Below, piece by piece: positions 17,669 through 26,389 of a DNA stretch of 64,000 nt. The DNA lies in NCBI GenBank assembly GCA_035284745.1, contig JAYKIL010000008.1:197087-261086 (forward strand), read 5' to 3'. A model generated the notes under the pieces. That model saw nothing but the letters and a program-made list of their open reading frames with translations. It was not told the DNA's origin and searched no databases. The position numbers and the translations under genes are program-made. The stretch is from Candidatus Sericytochromatia bacterium. GTDB lineage: Bacteria > Cyanobacteriota > Sericytochromatia > S15B-MN24 > JAQBPE01. Position 1 is the stretch's first letter. Every line of letters starts with the position of its first letter.

Positions 17669-18523
17669 TTAAAGTGCCGCGAGAATTCCTCGAACGAGCC
17701 GCTCGAGCGTGGGGCCAACACGCCTCGCAACCGCCAGTATCTCCTCTTCCGTCGCGTGGTGGCCGGAGTCTGGAATGGCCATATCAGAGATGGTTCCAAT
17801 GCCGAGCACACGCATTCCGGCGTGCGTCGCGGTAATCACCTCCGGAACGGTCGACATCCCTATCGAATCGGCACCAATTTTAATCAGGTACCGCAATTCA
17901 GCTTTTGTAAAATATGCGGGCCCCTGGATGCCGGCATAGACACCTTCACGCAATACAACTCCTTGTTTTAGTGCCACTCGGTGGGCAAGCTCAATCAAGT
18001 CGGGGCGATAGGCATCGAACATGACAGGGAATCGCTCACCGATCTCCGGGTCGTTCGGTCCCACCAAAGGATTCACGCCCATCAGGTTGATATGATCGTG
18101 AATCAACATGAGATCGCCGGCCTTAAAGCGATGATTGAGCCCCCCTGTCGCACACGTAACAATCAACGTGTCGACACCGAGGGCCCGCATCACCCTGATT
18201 GGAAAGGCCACCTGGTGGGGAGTGTATCCTTCATACAGATGGAAACGGCCTTGCATGACTGCCACCGTGTGACCCTCAAGAGTTCCCAAGACTAAATTTC
18301 CGGCGTGTCCCGGAGCAGTCGAAACGGGAAAATGCGGGATCGTGCCATAGGGTAGAACCGCCGAGTCACTGACTGCGCCTGCAATGGAGCCCAAGCCGCT
18401 GCCCAATATGATGCCAACGCTGGGTTTTTGCCCATAGTGGCCCCGGATGAATTCTGCAGCGGACTCTATCTCCCGTCGCTGAGCGATGACGGCGTGCGGA
18501 AGAGATTGTGCTATCGGATTCAC
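17669..18523 (-). CDS. punA: purine nucleoside phosphorylase (PNP/MTAP family I)
   Basis: VGIILGSGLGS phosphate-binding loop. GHAGNLVLGTLEGHTVAVMQGRFHLYEGY and TCATGGLN motifs of trimeric PNP/MTAP. Confidence 0.8.
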   Translation of the reverse strand: MNPIAQSLPHAVIAQRREIESAAEFIRGHYGQKPSVGIILGSGLGSIAGAVSDSAVLPYGTIPHFPVSTAPGHAGNLVLGTLEGHTVAVMQGRFHLYEGYTPHQVAFPIRVMRALGVDTLIVTCATGGLNHRFKAGDLMLIHDHINLMGVNPLVGPNDPEIGERFPVMFDAYRPDLIELAHRVALKQGVVLREGVYAGIQGPAYFTKAELRYLIKIGADSIGMSTVPEVITATHAGMRVLGIGTISDMAIPDSGHHATEEEILAVARRVGPTLERLVRGILAAL

Positions 18524-18579
18524 TCCATTCCTCCTTGAAACCGCCGCCCCGCCTCATAATCGGCGGGGCGGAGACTGAG

Positions 18580-18652
<73 letters not shown>

Positions 18653-18828
18653 AAGCAATACGTCGTATCGCCCGAGCGATATGATAGCACAGGGGACAAG
18701 AAGGGGCATTGGATAGTTAGTACAGCCCGTTGAGCCATTTCAATCATACGGTGCCGGCGTACAAAAAAAGCCTTGCAGTGTGCAAGGCTTTCCTGTTCTG
18801 TCATCTCCCATTGACCGGTGACAACACA

Positions 18829-18921
18829 TGGCGGGCAGGGAGGGATTCGAACCCTCGGTACGGGGTTAAGCCGCACACATCATTTCCAGTGATGCCCTTT
18901 CGACCACTCAGGCACCTGCCC
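18829..18921 (-). tRNA. tRNA-Ser (anticodon GGA), CCA encoded
   Basis: Reverse complement reads GGGCAGGTGCCTGAGTGGTCGAAAGGGCATCACTGGAAATGATG...long variable arm...CGAGGGTTCGAATCCCTCCCTGCCCGCCA. Confidence 0.85.
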
Positions 18922-18926
18922 AGAAG

Positions 18927-18999
<73 letters not shown>

Positions 19000-19097
19000 C
19001 CCACTTCCCAAGCAAGATAGCACCGAAACAACTTTGGTGTCAATCGCCCGGTGCCTGCCGTCAAAAAACGCTGGCGCAGCGTTGAGGGCGCGGTATA

Positions 19098-20093
19098 ATG
19101 TATGGAATGTTGTTTTCTACCTTTCGCCCGTTTTGGGGCCTTGCGTTTGTTGGCCTGTGGCTCGCAATTCTTGGTTCCCCCGCCGATTCAGCCAGACGAG
19201 CAGCCACGGCGCCAAGTAATTCGTTGACGTCCGCTCAACGCACGGTTCTGGTTCGCGGGATGCACTTTGATAAAGTTCGACATACGGTGAGCCTGCGGGT
19301 GACGGGTCAGGTATCCATCAGTACTCGAACAGTATCCTCTCCGACTCGCTTGGTGGTGGATTTAACCCGCGCTCGACTTGTCACTCCGAACCGCGAGATG
19401 GTGGTGCGTGACCCCCTGATTAAACGCATCCGAATCGCACAATTCTCTCTGACCCCGCCCGTTGTGAGGCTTGTTATCGAACCGCGAATTTCTCCGGAGC
19501 CCACCCTCGCGGTTCAGCAGACAGGTCGTGCTATTTTTGTTTCAGTGGCCCGAGCACAGCCCGCGTCCAATATGAATGATGGCCTCCCCCCCGACGAGAG
19601 CTTTGAGTCCCCTGAATCGCCTGTCGACGGAGACAGCCCTCAACAACAAGCTTTGCCTGAGCGGCGCTCGCCAAGCGACAACGCACCTCGGGGTTCCGGT
19701 ACCATACGCAGTCGACTCCTTCCGCCCCCTCCGGAAACTCGCCCTGAGAAGAAGGGCGGGAACGAACCGCCCCTGGTTGAGCAGGAGCGAAATCTTCATA
19801 CAGCACCGACCGGCCAAGGCGTTGGCGTCGAGAAGGTGGGGCCCTTGCGTCCTGCCGTGACCGAGCCGGTTCCTTCGCCATCCCCGCTGACGCCCGAGCC
19901 GGTTCCTTCGCCATCCCCGCTGACGCCTGAGCCCGAGGTAACACCAGGGGTGCCCGAGAATGTGCCCGGGGTCCCTGTGCTTCCACCAGACTTCGACCCC
20001 AAGAATCCCTCGTCGGGGCCGGTGTCTCCCGGTATGCCGCCCGAGAAGACGACATCCGAAACGAGCAGCGAAACTGTTCCTGGCGAGCCTTAA
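19098..20093 (+). CDS. AMIN-domain protein with Pro/Ser-rich low-complexity C-terminal tail
   Basis: After TM/signal segment (FWGLAFVGLWLAILG), an AMIN-like beta domain (VRHTVSLRVTGQVSIS...PTRLVVDLTRARLV...VRLVIEP). The rest is P/S/E-rich. An in-frame ATG at 19107 is a likelier start. Confidence 0.55.
   Translation: MYGMLFSTFRPFWGLAFVGLWLAILGSPADSARRAATAPSNSLTSAQRTVLVRGMHFDKVRHTVSLRVTGQVSISTRTVSSPTRLVVDLTRARLVTPNREMVVRDPLIKRIRIAQFSLTPPVVRLVIEPRISPEPTLAVQQTGRAIFVSVARAQPASNMNDGLPPDESFESPESPVDGDSPQQQALPERRSPSDNAPRGSGTIRSRLLPPPPETRPEKKGGNEPPLVEQERNLHTAPTGQGVGVEKVGPLRPAVTEPVPSPSPLTPEPVPSPSPLTPEPEVTPGVPENVPGVPVLPPDFDPKNPSSGPVSPGMPPEKTTSETSSETVPGEP
19862..19930 (+). repeat. perfect 33-bp tandem duplication (2 copies) inside the AMIN-protein gene, encoding PVPSPSPLTPE x2
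   Basis: gagccggttccttcgccatccccgctgacgccc repeated twice consecutively (third partial copy diverged: gagcccgaggtaacacc). Confidence 0.8.
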
Positions 20094-20101
20094 GGGGAAA
20101 T

Positions 20102-20491
20102 ATGTCTCACTTTTCTCGGGTGCAAACCAAGATGACAGACGCGGGTTGTCTGCATCGGGCTTTGGTTGCCTTGAATTACCAAGTGCGGGAGAACGCCTTG
20201 GTGCGAGGGTATGTGGGGCGCGTTGAGTCGGCAGACTTTGTCGTAGACCCCGGCGGCCATTATGATATTGGTTTCACCCGGCACAAGGATGGAACTTTTT
20301 TTGTGGTGGCGGACTGGTGGGGAGTGCAGAAAGATACAGGCCTGCGAGAGCAGGATGTGCTTCCCAAGGTCAATCAACGTTATGCGTATGAAGTCATTTC
20401 AAATGCATTGGCCGCCCAAGGTTTTCAGTTGGTGCACGAACATCAGGGACAGGATCGTTCTATCCAAATGACTTTGCGCCGTTGGAGTTAA
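20102..20491 (+). CDS. DUF1257-family protein
   Basis: 129 aa. MSHFS...ALVALNYQV...VRGY.G....ADFVV......YDIGF.....G.F..VADWWGV........QRYAYEVISNALAAQGFQLV pattern recalled for DUF1257. Confidence 0.5.
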   Translation: MSHFSRVQTKMTDAGCLHRALVALNYQVRENALVRGYVGRVESADFVVDPGGHYDIGFTRHKDGTFFVVADWWGVQKDTGLREQDVLPKVNQRYAYEVISNALAAQGFQLVHEHQGQDRSIQMTLRRWS

Positions 20492-20524
20492 ATCTCTCGG
20501 GCTTTATGAATCTCAGTCCGTATT

Positions 20525-21001
20525 TCAGGGGCGCGAGCGCAATCCACCCAGTGCGGGAGCATCGCCCATTTCATCCTCGTCTTCACGGCACGCACGGATC
20601 AAAGCGGGTTCAAGGCCTGTGCGCACAGGTAATGCCAGGCTTGATAAAAGACCATTGAGTTCAATTCGAACTCCCCATACAGGGGGCGTCCAAAGACCGT
20701 GGCGAGGAATTTTTTGCACTCTGACCACACGGCCTTCGACAATCAATCCGGCATCAACAACAGGCGCGAGAACGGCTGCAAGTGCTCGGGGTAAGAAACC
20801 GAGTTTCCGCCCCCCCGCTTTCCCGTCTCGAGCCTGCAGAGCGATAGCATTTTGGTCAAAAGGATTCATCGGTTCACGAACGAGCAGGAGGGGATCGCCA
20901 GGGACAAGGAGGCGCGCCAACGCCTGGCGGGATGTACCATCCGGATTATCGAATGTAACCCCGGCAATCCGGGTCTCGACGGTGACAAACTGGTCCTGCA
21001 T
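20525..21001 (-). CDS. HIRAN-domain protein
   Basis: N-terminal IAGVTFDNPDGTSRQALARLLVPGDPLLLVREPMNPFDQNAIAL is a close match to the HIRAN 3'-DNA-end-binding domain consensus. C-terminal ~60 aa of unknown function. Confidence 0.55.
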   Translation of the reverse strand: MQDQFVTVETRIAGVTFDNPDGTSRQALARLLVPGDPLLLVREPMNPFDQNAIALQARDGKAGGRKLGFLPRALAAVLAPVVDAGLIVEGRVVRVQKIPRHGLWTPPVWGVRIELNGLLSSLALPVRTGLEPALIRACREDEDEMGDAPALGGLRSRP

Positions 21002-21085
21002 AGGGTGACCGCATGAGCGAAAAACGCAAGAGAAAAAAGTGAACTTCTGTCATTGTGAAGGCGATGAACTTCGCCTTCACGTATA

Positions 21086-23362
21086 ATGCGCAGAAACTCG
21101 ACACTACGAGTATACTATCGGCGGCATTCACGACTCCACCTTGGACATTGGCTCGTGCTCCAGACGTCTCGGGATTATCCGAAGTTTCTCTCCTCTGGGT
21201 TTCAGGTTTGCTTGAGCGACCGGGACTGGCCATCAGCCATTTCCGAATTTAACCTGTTGCTGGCCGACGCCGCGTGCTGCGGGGAAGAACTCACTTTATG
21301 GGTTGAACTGCTCGACGAGCTTGCCCGCCAATGCGTCGAGTGGGATGACTGGATCAGCCACTGGCCGGGCGGCGAGGAGGGCTTGGATAAATCCACTTTT
21401 TTTCTGGTACACGGGGTGCGCTCCCTTTCCTCCCAGGCCTATGAGCACGCTGGTTTTTATTTGCATCGGGCTGCGGAGGTCGCCCCCGAAAGCCCCCTGC
21501 CCCTCGCCTATTTGGGCATCCTGCACGAGGCCATTGGAAGCCCACCGGATGCGTTGGCATATTACGATGCCTCCCTGGAAGTGTCGTCACAGTTCTTCAC
21601 TGTTCTTAATTCGGCCGGCAACTTGTGTCACGAATTGGGATTCTATGCGCGGGCGATTGGTTACTATGAAAAGGCACTGCCGCTGCTTGTTGAGCCCGGC
21701 AACCGGGCGGTCGTGCTGAACAACCTTGGCAACTCATTCAAAGCGGCTGGCATGCCTGAACGCGCGGTCAGCGCCTATTCTGAGGCACTGGCGTCGGATG
21801 ATTCTCAACCCGTCGTGGCATTCGCCCTCTGCGAGACGTTGTTGCAAGTCAATCGCCCCCAACGCGCCCGGGGTATTCTGCTGAAGACCCTGGACGACCC
21901 CTCATTCGATGAGTGGTCTCAAGAAAATCGAACCCAGGCATTCGCGCTGCTGGCTCGCGTGTGCCTCGCAACAGGCGAGCATCTTGAAGCGACGTTTTAT
22001 GCCTGGTTGCGCATTGGAGGCCAAGTCAAGGATGAAGCGGCTGCGGGCGTGGATACCTTCTTGAAGGCACTGTATGCGTCATTGATCTCGGCACCGCACG
22101 AGACGTCCGCTGAGGCGTTGCTGGCTCACGTGAGCAGACGCCTCGGGTACCTCGATGCTGCTTTTTTGCACGCCAAGCGAGTAGTGAATAGTCTTTCACC
22201 GCAGGCGGTTTACTTTGGTGAACTGGGGGCGACCTGTTTGTTGATGGGAAAAAATGACGTAGGCTTGGAGGCACTTGAGGAAGCTCAGGCCAGTGCCCCC
22301 GAGAACCCTTCATATTTCGCACTCAGAGCAATGGCGCTCTGGCGTTCGGATCCGGAGCAGGCACGCGTATCTCTCGGGGAGGCGATTCGCATCGAACCCT
22401 ATGTGGCGCAGCACCGTTGTGACCTTGCCTGGTTGGAGATGAATCAAGGAAGAACCGAAATTGCGAGAAATCGCCAAACAGAAGCGTTATTACTTTGGGA
22501 TGAGTGCCCCGTGCTATTTGCATCGCACGGCCCATTGCTTCAGCGCGGATATTTTCACGATTTGGTTGAACGCTTCAGTCATCCAACCTCTGACGAAGAG
22601 ATGATTAACGCGGCGAACTACGCTTACCTTGCAGGCCAAGGCGAAATCGCCCGAGCCCACCTGCGAAAACTTCTTGAGAAATTTCCTGACTCGTCCCAAG
22701 CCTTGTTTAATTATGCGTGGATCGTCAACCAGACTGTCGGCGTCGCCCAGGCTGCTCCATTGTGGCGGCGCGCTTTGGAGCAAGATAAGTCCGATTCCTT
22801 GACGCGATTTTTTGCGTCGCGGAGTCTCTTATTTTGTGATGCAAGCGCGAAACAAGGGGTGATTCAAGAGCTTGAACGTGCGGTGGGGGGCAATCCACAA
22901 GACTATTTGTCACGGCTCCTTTTGGCGAAGTTAATGGAACCGGAAAGAGAGGCTCTCGTCCATCTGGAGGCCATTGCCGCTGCGTATGGAGGCTTGTATT
23001 CGCCTTGGTATTGGCTCGGGCAGGCGCATTTCTTTCGGCGTGAATGGGATTTGGCCCGTCCGTTTCTCGAGAAAAGTATTCGATTAAACCCTAAATTTCC
23101 CAAGTCTCGCTCGCTGCTCGCCCAATGTTATGGGCAATTAGGAGACACGCTCCGTAAGCACGTACAAAACGGTATTTGCTATTATCTCACAGGACACTTG
23201 CACAAAGCGTGCAGTGAACTAGAGCGGGCTTTGGCAGAGGCCCCCGAGGATGAAAGCGCTCGATATTTTCTGATCCAGGCTCAATCCGGCCTGGATGCCC
23301 GACGGGCTCCGGGCGCGAAAGAACTGCTCGACATTCTAAAATCGCCGGAACGGCTGCCGTAA
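21086..23362 (+). CDS. TPR-repeat protein
   Basis: 758 aa. Numerous 34-residue helical repeats with TPR-like W-LG-Y / A...F..A...P signatures. Confidence 0.65.
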   Translation: MRRNSTLRVYYRRHSRLHLGHWLVLQTSRDYPKFLSSGFQVCLSDRDWPSAISEFNLLLADAACCGEELTLWVELLDELARQCVEWDDWISHWPGGEEGLDKSTFFLVHGVRSLSSQAYEHAGFYLHRAAEVAPESPLPLAYLGILHEAIGSPPDALAYYDASLEVSSQFFTVLNSAGNLCHELGFYARAIGYYEKALPLLVEPGNRAVVLNNLGNSFKAAGMPERAVSAYSEALASDDSQPVVAFALCETLLQVNRPQRARGILLKTLDDPSFDEWSQENRTQAFALLARVCLATGEHLEATFYAWLRIGGQVKDEAAAGVDTFLKALYASLISAPHETSAEALLAHVSRRLGYLDAAFLHAKRVVNSLSPQAVYFGELGATCLLMGKNDVGLEALEEAQASAPENPSYFALRAMALWRSDPEQARVSLGEAIRIEPYVAQHRCDLAWLEMNQGRTEIARNRQTEALLLWDECPVLFASHGPLLQRGYFHDLVERFSHPTSDEEMINAANYAYLAGQGEIARAHLRKLLEKFPDSSQALFNYAWIVNQTVGVAQAAPLWRRALEQDKSDSLTRFFASRSLLFCDASAKQGVIQELERAVGGNPQDYLSRLLLAKLMEPEREALVHLEAIAAAYGGLYSPWYWLGQAHFFRREWDLARPFLEKSIRLNPKFPKSRSLLAQCYGQLGDTLRKHVQNGICYYLTGHLHKACSELERALAEAPEDESARYFLIQAQSGLDARRAPGAKELLDILKSPERLP

Positions 23363-23368
23363 GAGGTG

Positions 23369-24193
23369 TTATCGTGACTGGCCTTCAGCGTTGAATGCCT
23401 CGAGCGGAAGCCAGTTCAAAGTGCCACCGAACCGCGGGGTTCCGGGTGGCCGCTTATCTGCGGTTACAACGGGCCCACCTTTTTCCATGCGGCGAAGCAA
23501 GCCCTCGGCGACGAGTTTTTTTGGCAGCCCACCGATGAGGATGGTGATGGTTTCTACCATCTTTGCACAGCCCAATCCCTCGGTGTACCAGTAGTCGAGC
23601 GAATCGTTCCCCCCATTCGCGTATTGAAGTGTATGGCGGACGTGCAAGGCGCTAAAGCTCCCGGCCGGGACCCTGATGGATTCCCAGCCGACGATGGAAA
23701 CCGTTTCAGAATTTCCCAGTGGGAGTTGTCTCCCTGCCCACGACTGATCGGCCTTTATCGGAAATTTTAAAATTTTCAAAAAAGGCCCTCCGGGAGGCGG
23801 CGGGTCCGCGAGACGCGAGAGCGAAATTTCACGAGGAGTGGTCTGCACCCGTGTCTCTGGGAGTTGAAGGTCCCGGTAGCGACGGCGCAGAACCGCCTCG
23901 CGAAGCCCCTTTGTCTCAGCGACGCTTAACACAGCCATCTCCATCGGCGTCTCATTCCCTGGAATTCCGTCGCGTATGGCGCGTGTCGCATAATGCCAGG
24001 TCAGGCCTTGGGCAGTCGGGTACAGGGAACGCCCAGAAGCAGATTGACCCGAAAACGTTATCTCGCGAGCCCCCACGTGAAGCGGTGCACTCACCCCGCC
24101 CTGGCAACCTGCCAGACAAGAAAAAGCAACGGATGCGATTTGCAAAAAAATCGTATAGCCGTATGGGCGGTGCGAATGAAGGCAAGCGGGCAT
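23369..24193 (-). CDS. hypothetical lipoprotein
   Basis: Signal peptide ending in lipobox LAGC. No recognisable catalytic motif. Confidence 0.45.
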   Translation of the reverse strand: MPACLHSHRPYGYTIFLQIASVAFSCLAGCQGGVSAPLHVGAREITFSGQSASGRSLYPTAQGLTWHYATRAIRDGIPGNETPMEMAVLSVAETKGLREAVLRRRYRDLQLPETRVQTTPREISLSRLADPPPPGGPFLKILKFPIKADQSWAGRQLPLGNSETVSIVGWESIRVPAGSFSALHVRHTLQYANGGNDSLDYWYTEGLGCAKMVETITILIGGLPKKLVAEGLLRRMEKGGPVVTADKRPPGTPRFGGTLNWLPLEAFNAEGQSR

Positions 24194-24242
24194 GATTTGA
24201 TATTAAATCTGTTTTATATTACTGTAAAGAATATTTTAGAAA

Positions 24243-24668
24243 ATGATGATAGAGAGCCAAGGAGGCGCGATGTTAAAACCACAAATTTGGTCGGGGTTAG
24301 CTTCATCCTGCTTAATCGCGGCACTGGCCGTGGTCAGCCTGACGGCTTGCCAGGGCCCTACCACCGTCATTGGGCGGGCGACACCGACGGTGGGCAGTGC
24401 CGGGACCGGTTCTTCCAATACAACGGCAACCGTGAACGCACGCCCCCAGATCATCATCAAGTTTCGCAATGAATTGCGAATTTCCGAAATCGCAGCTTTT
24501 AGGAGCACATACGGCCTGACGAATGTCGGAGCCATTCCTGAATTGGGAGTTTACATCGAGGAATTCTTGGGAGATCGCCCCGTGCAAGACCTCTTGCGTG
24601 AACTGCAAAGCTCACCCATGGTGATTTACGCAGAGTTGAATCAACAAGTTACGTTGCCCCTCCAGTAA
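24243..24668 (+). CDS. small lipoprotein with peptidase-inhibitor-I9 (subtilisin propeptide)-like domain
   Basis: Likely start at internal M (MLKPQIWSGLASSCLIAALAVVSLTAC, lipobox LTAC). C-terminal 70 aa IIIKFRNE...VIYAELNQQV resembles the I9 propeptide fold. AT-rich promoter-like region directly upstream. Confidence 0.4.
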   Translation: MMIESQGGAMLKPQIWSGLASSCLIAALAVVSLTACQGPTTVIGRATPTVGSAGTGSSNTTATVNARPQIIIKFRNELRISEIAAFRSTYGLTNVGAIPELGVYIEEFLGDRPVQDLLRELQSSPMVIYAELNQQVTLPLQ

Positions 24669-24684
24669 AGTTCTGACCCATCAG

Positions 24685-24722
24685 AAACGCCCCTGCATCT
24701 TCCTGCAGGGGCGTTTTGTTTG
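24685..24722. terminator. rho-independent terminator (bidirectional position between convergent genes)
   Basis: AAACGCCCCTGCA-tcttcc-TGCAGGGGCGTTTTGTTTG. Confidence 0.65.
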
Positions 24723-24772
24723 AAACTAAAAAGGGCCCCGACTTAAGTCGAGACCCTTCTTTTCTTGTCGAA

Positions 24773-25552
24773 TTAGGGCTCCGTTGCCGATTCCTTCAAC
24801 CAATTCGCCACTTGCTTAATTTCATCATCCGAGAGCTGTCCCTTGAACGATGGCATACCGCCTTTGCCGTTGGTGATGGACGAAATGATATCTCGGCCCT
24901 CAAGGAAAGATTTGCTTGCCAAGTTGGCCTGGGGCATATTCTTCTTCGTTGCGCCGTGACACATCGTGCATTTGGCCGAGAAAATGGCCTCACCACCCCC
25001 AGCATCCGCCACAGCGGGTGCCCCAGAATCGCCACCATCGTGACCACCCGACTTCGCATCGTGCCCTGCACCCGCCTTCTTAAGCTCTTGGGCGTGCGGA
25101 TCGTTTGCGTCAGCCCAATAGGCCAGACCTGTCAGGCCCACGACGAAAAAGACCAGTAACGACATCATAGACACGGCCACTGGACGCTTCGTCCAGCGTC
25201 GATAGGGGTTGGTGTCGTAGAAAGGAAGTAGCAACAACGCCGCACCAATGCCGCCCGGAATGATGGCAACGGCAAAAATTGCCCAAGGGCCGGGGAAATA
25301 CTTTAAGAGCTCAAAGAGCCACATAAAATACCACTCGGGACGGGGCAGGTACTGACTGGTTGGATCAGCCGGCGCATCTAAGTGCACTCCCAAGGTGTAG
25401 GTCAAGACAATCAACAACCCAAGAATGGCCGCCGCCACGATCACGTCTTTGATGGTTGCGAACGGATGAAAGGGGTACCCGGCCTCCTTCATCTTCTTGT
25501 ACTCGACGTCGTAGACCTGTTTTTCGATTGGATCCTCGAAGAAGCCTCCCAT
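24773..25552 (-). CDS. qcrC: menaquinol-cytochrome c reductase subunit IV fused to c-type cytochrome (QcrC-like)
   Basis: N-terminal 3-TM PetD-like segment (PRPEWYFMWLFELLKYFPG...). C-terminal mono-haem cytochrome c domain with CTMCH haem-binding motif. Start 3 nt after qcrB stop. Confidence 0.75.
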   Translation of the reverse strand: MGGFFEDPIEKQVYDVEYKKMKEAGYPFHPFATIKDVIVAAAILGLLIVLTYTLGVHLDAPADPTSQYLPRPEWYFMWLFELLKYFPGPWAIFAVAIIPGGIGAALLLLPFYDTNPYRRWTKRPVAVSMMSLLVFFVVGLTGLAYWADANDPHAQELKKAGAGHDAKSGGHDGGDSGAPAVADAGGGEAIFSAKCTMCHGATKKNMPQANLASKSFLEGRDIISSITNGKGGMPSFKGQLSDDEIKQVANWLKESATEP

Positions 25553-25554
25553 GA

Positions 25555-26244
25555 CTACTTGCCCCCCTTCACGCGATCGTAAGCTTCATCAAGACGCTCC
25601 GGCAGGGGCGTAATTCCTATTTTTACGACCAAATAGAGATGGATTCCGAGGAAAACCAGCATCAACGCTGGAATCATCAACATGTGGATTGCGTAGAAAC
25701 GTGTCAGCGTGAGGGCGCCCAGAGTTTCCCCGCCGCGGAGCAACTTCTTCGAAAACTCTCCAACGATAGGAATACTTTCCGGAACCTTGGTTCCCACCTC
25801 GGTGGCCCAGTAGGCTTTCTGGTCCCAGGGTAGCAAGTAGCCTGTGAACCCCAACCCCAGAACCAACCCCAACAATCCGACCCCCGACATCCATGTAAGC
25901 TCTCGAGGATACTTATAGGCTCCGTAAAAGAACACCTGGAGCATATGCATCACCACGATGACGACCATCGCGCTCGCGCCATAATGGTGCAACCCACGAA
26001 CCAGTTTCCCAAAGGCAATTTCTTCGGTCAAAAATTTAACGCTGTCATATGCGTGGTCCGGAGTTGGCGCATAATAAACCGCCAAAAACATCCCAGACAC
26101 CGCCATAATGATGAAGGTGAACAACGCGCCAAACCCTAGCGTGTACCACCAATCAATTTTGGGAACATTGCGAGAAACCAATGCCGCATCGATGTCTCGA
26201 ACCCCAAGGCGCAGGTCTAGCCATTCAAAGACTTTGCCCACCAT
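25555..26244 (-). CDS. qcrB: cytochrome b6 (b6c/bc-type complex cytochrome b subunit)
   Basis: Haem-ligating His-containing helices (RGLHHYGASAMVVIVVMHMLQVFF, WDQKAYWATEVGT). Start placed at internal ATG 26244 (MVGKVFEWLDLRLG) with GGAG RBS, not the listed upstream start at 26376. Confidence 0.8.
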   Translation of the reverse strand: MVGKVFEWLDLRLGVRDIDAALVSRNVPKIDWWYTLGFGALFTFIIMAVSGMFLAVYYAPTPDHAYDSVKFLTEEIAFGKLVRGLHHYGASAMVVIVVMHMLQVFFYGAYKYPRELTWMSGVGLLGLVLGLGFTGYLLPWDQKAYWATEVGTKVPESIPIVGEFSKKLLRGGETLGALTLTRFYAIHMLMIPALMLVFLGIHLYLVVKIGITPLPERLDEAYDRVKGGK

Positions 26245-26389
26245 CAGGAGACTCCTTCTACGTTTAAACCAAGAATATGGCCGCGATAATATCGTGGGGA
26301 CCGCCTGCCAGGACGTGGCAAGGCCGAACACAACGTCGGGATCGTACAGCCAGGCGCCGCATCCCGTCAATGACACTCCGCACCGTCAC

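Noticed and set aside
25555-26376. Long form of the cytochrome b6 ORF starting at 26376
   Set aside because: The extra 44 aa are not cytochrome b-like. The internal ATG at 26244 with a GGAG RBS matches the conserved N-terminus.
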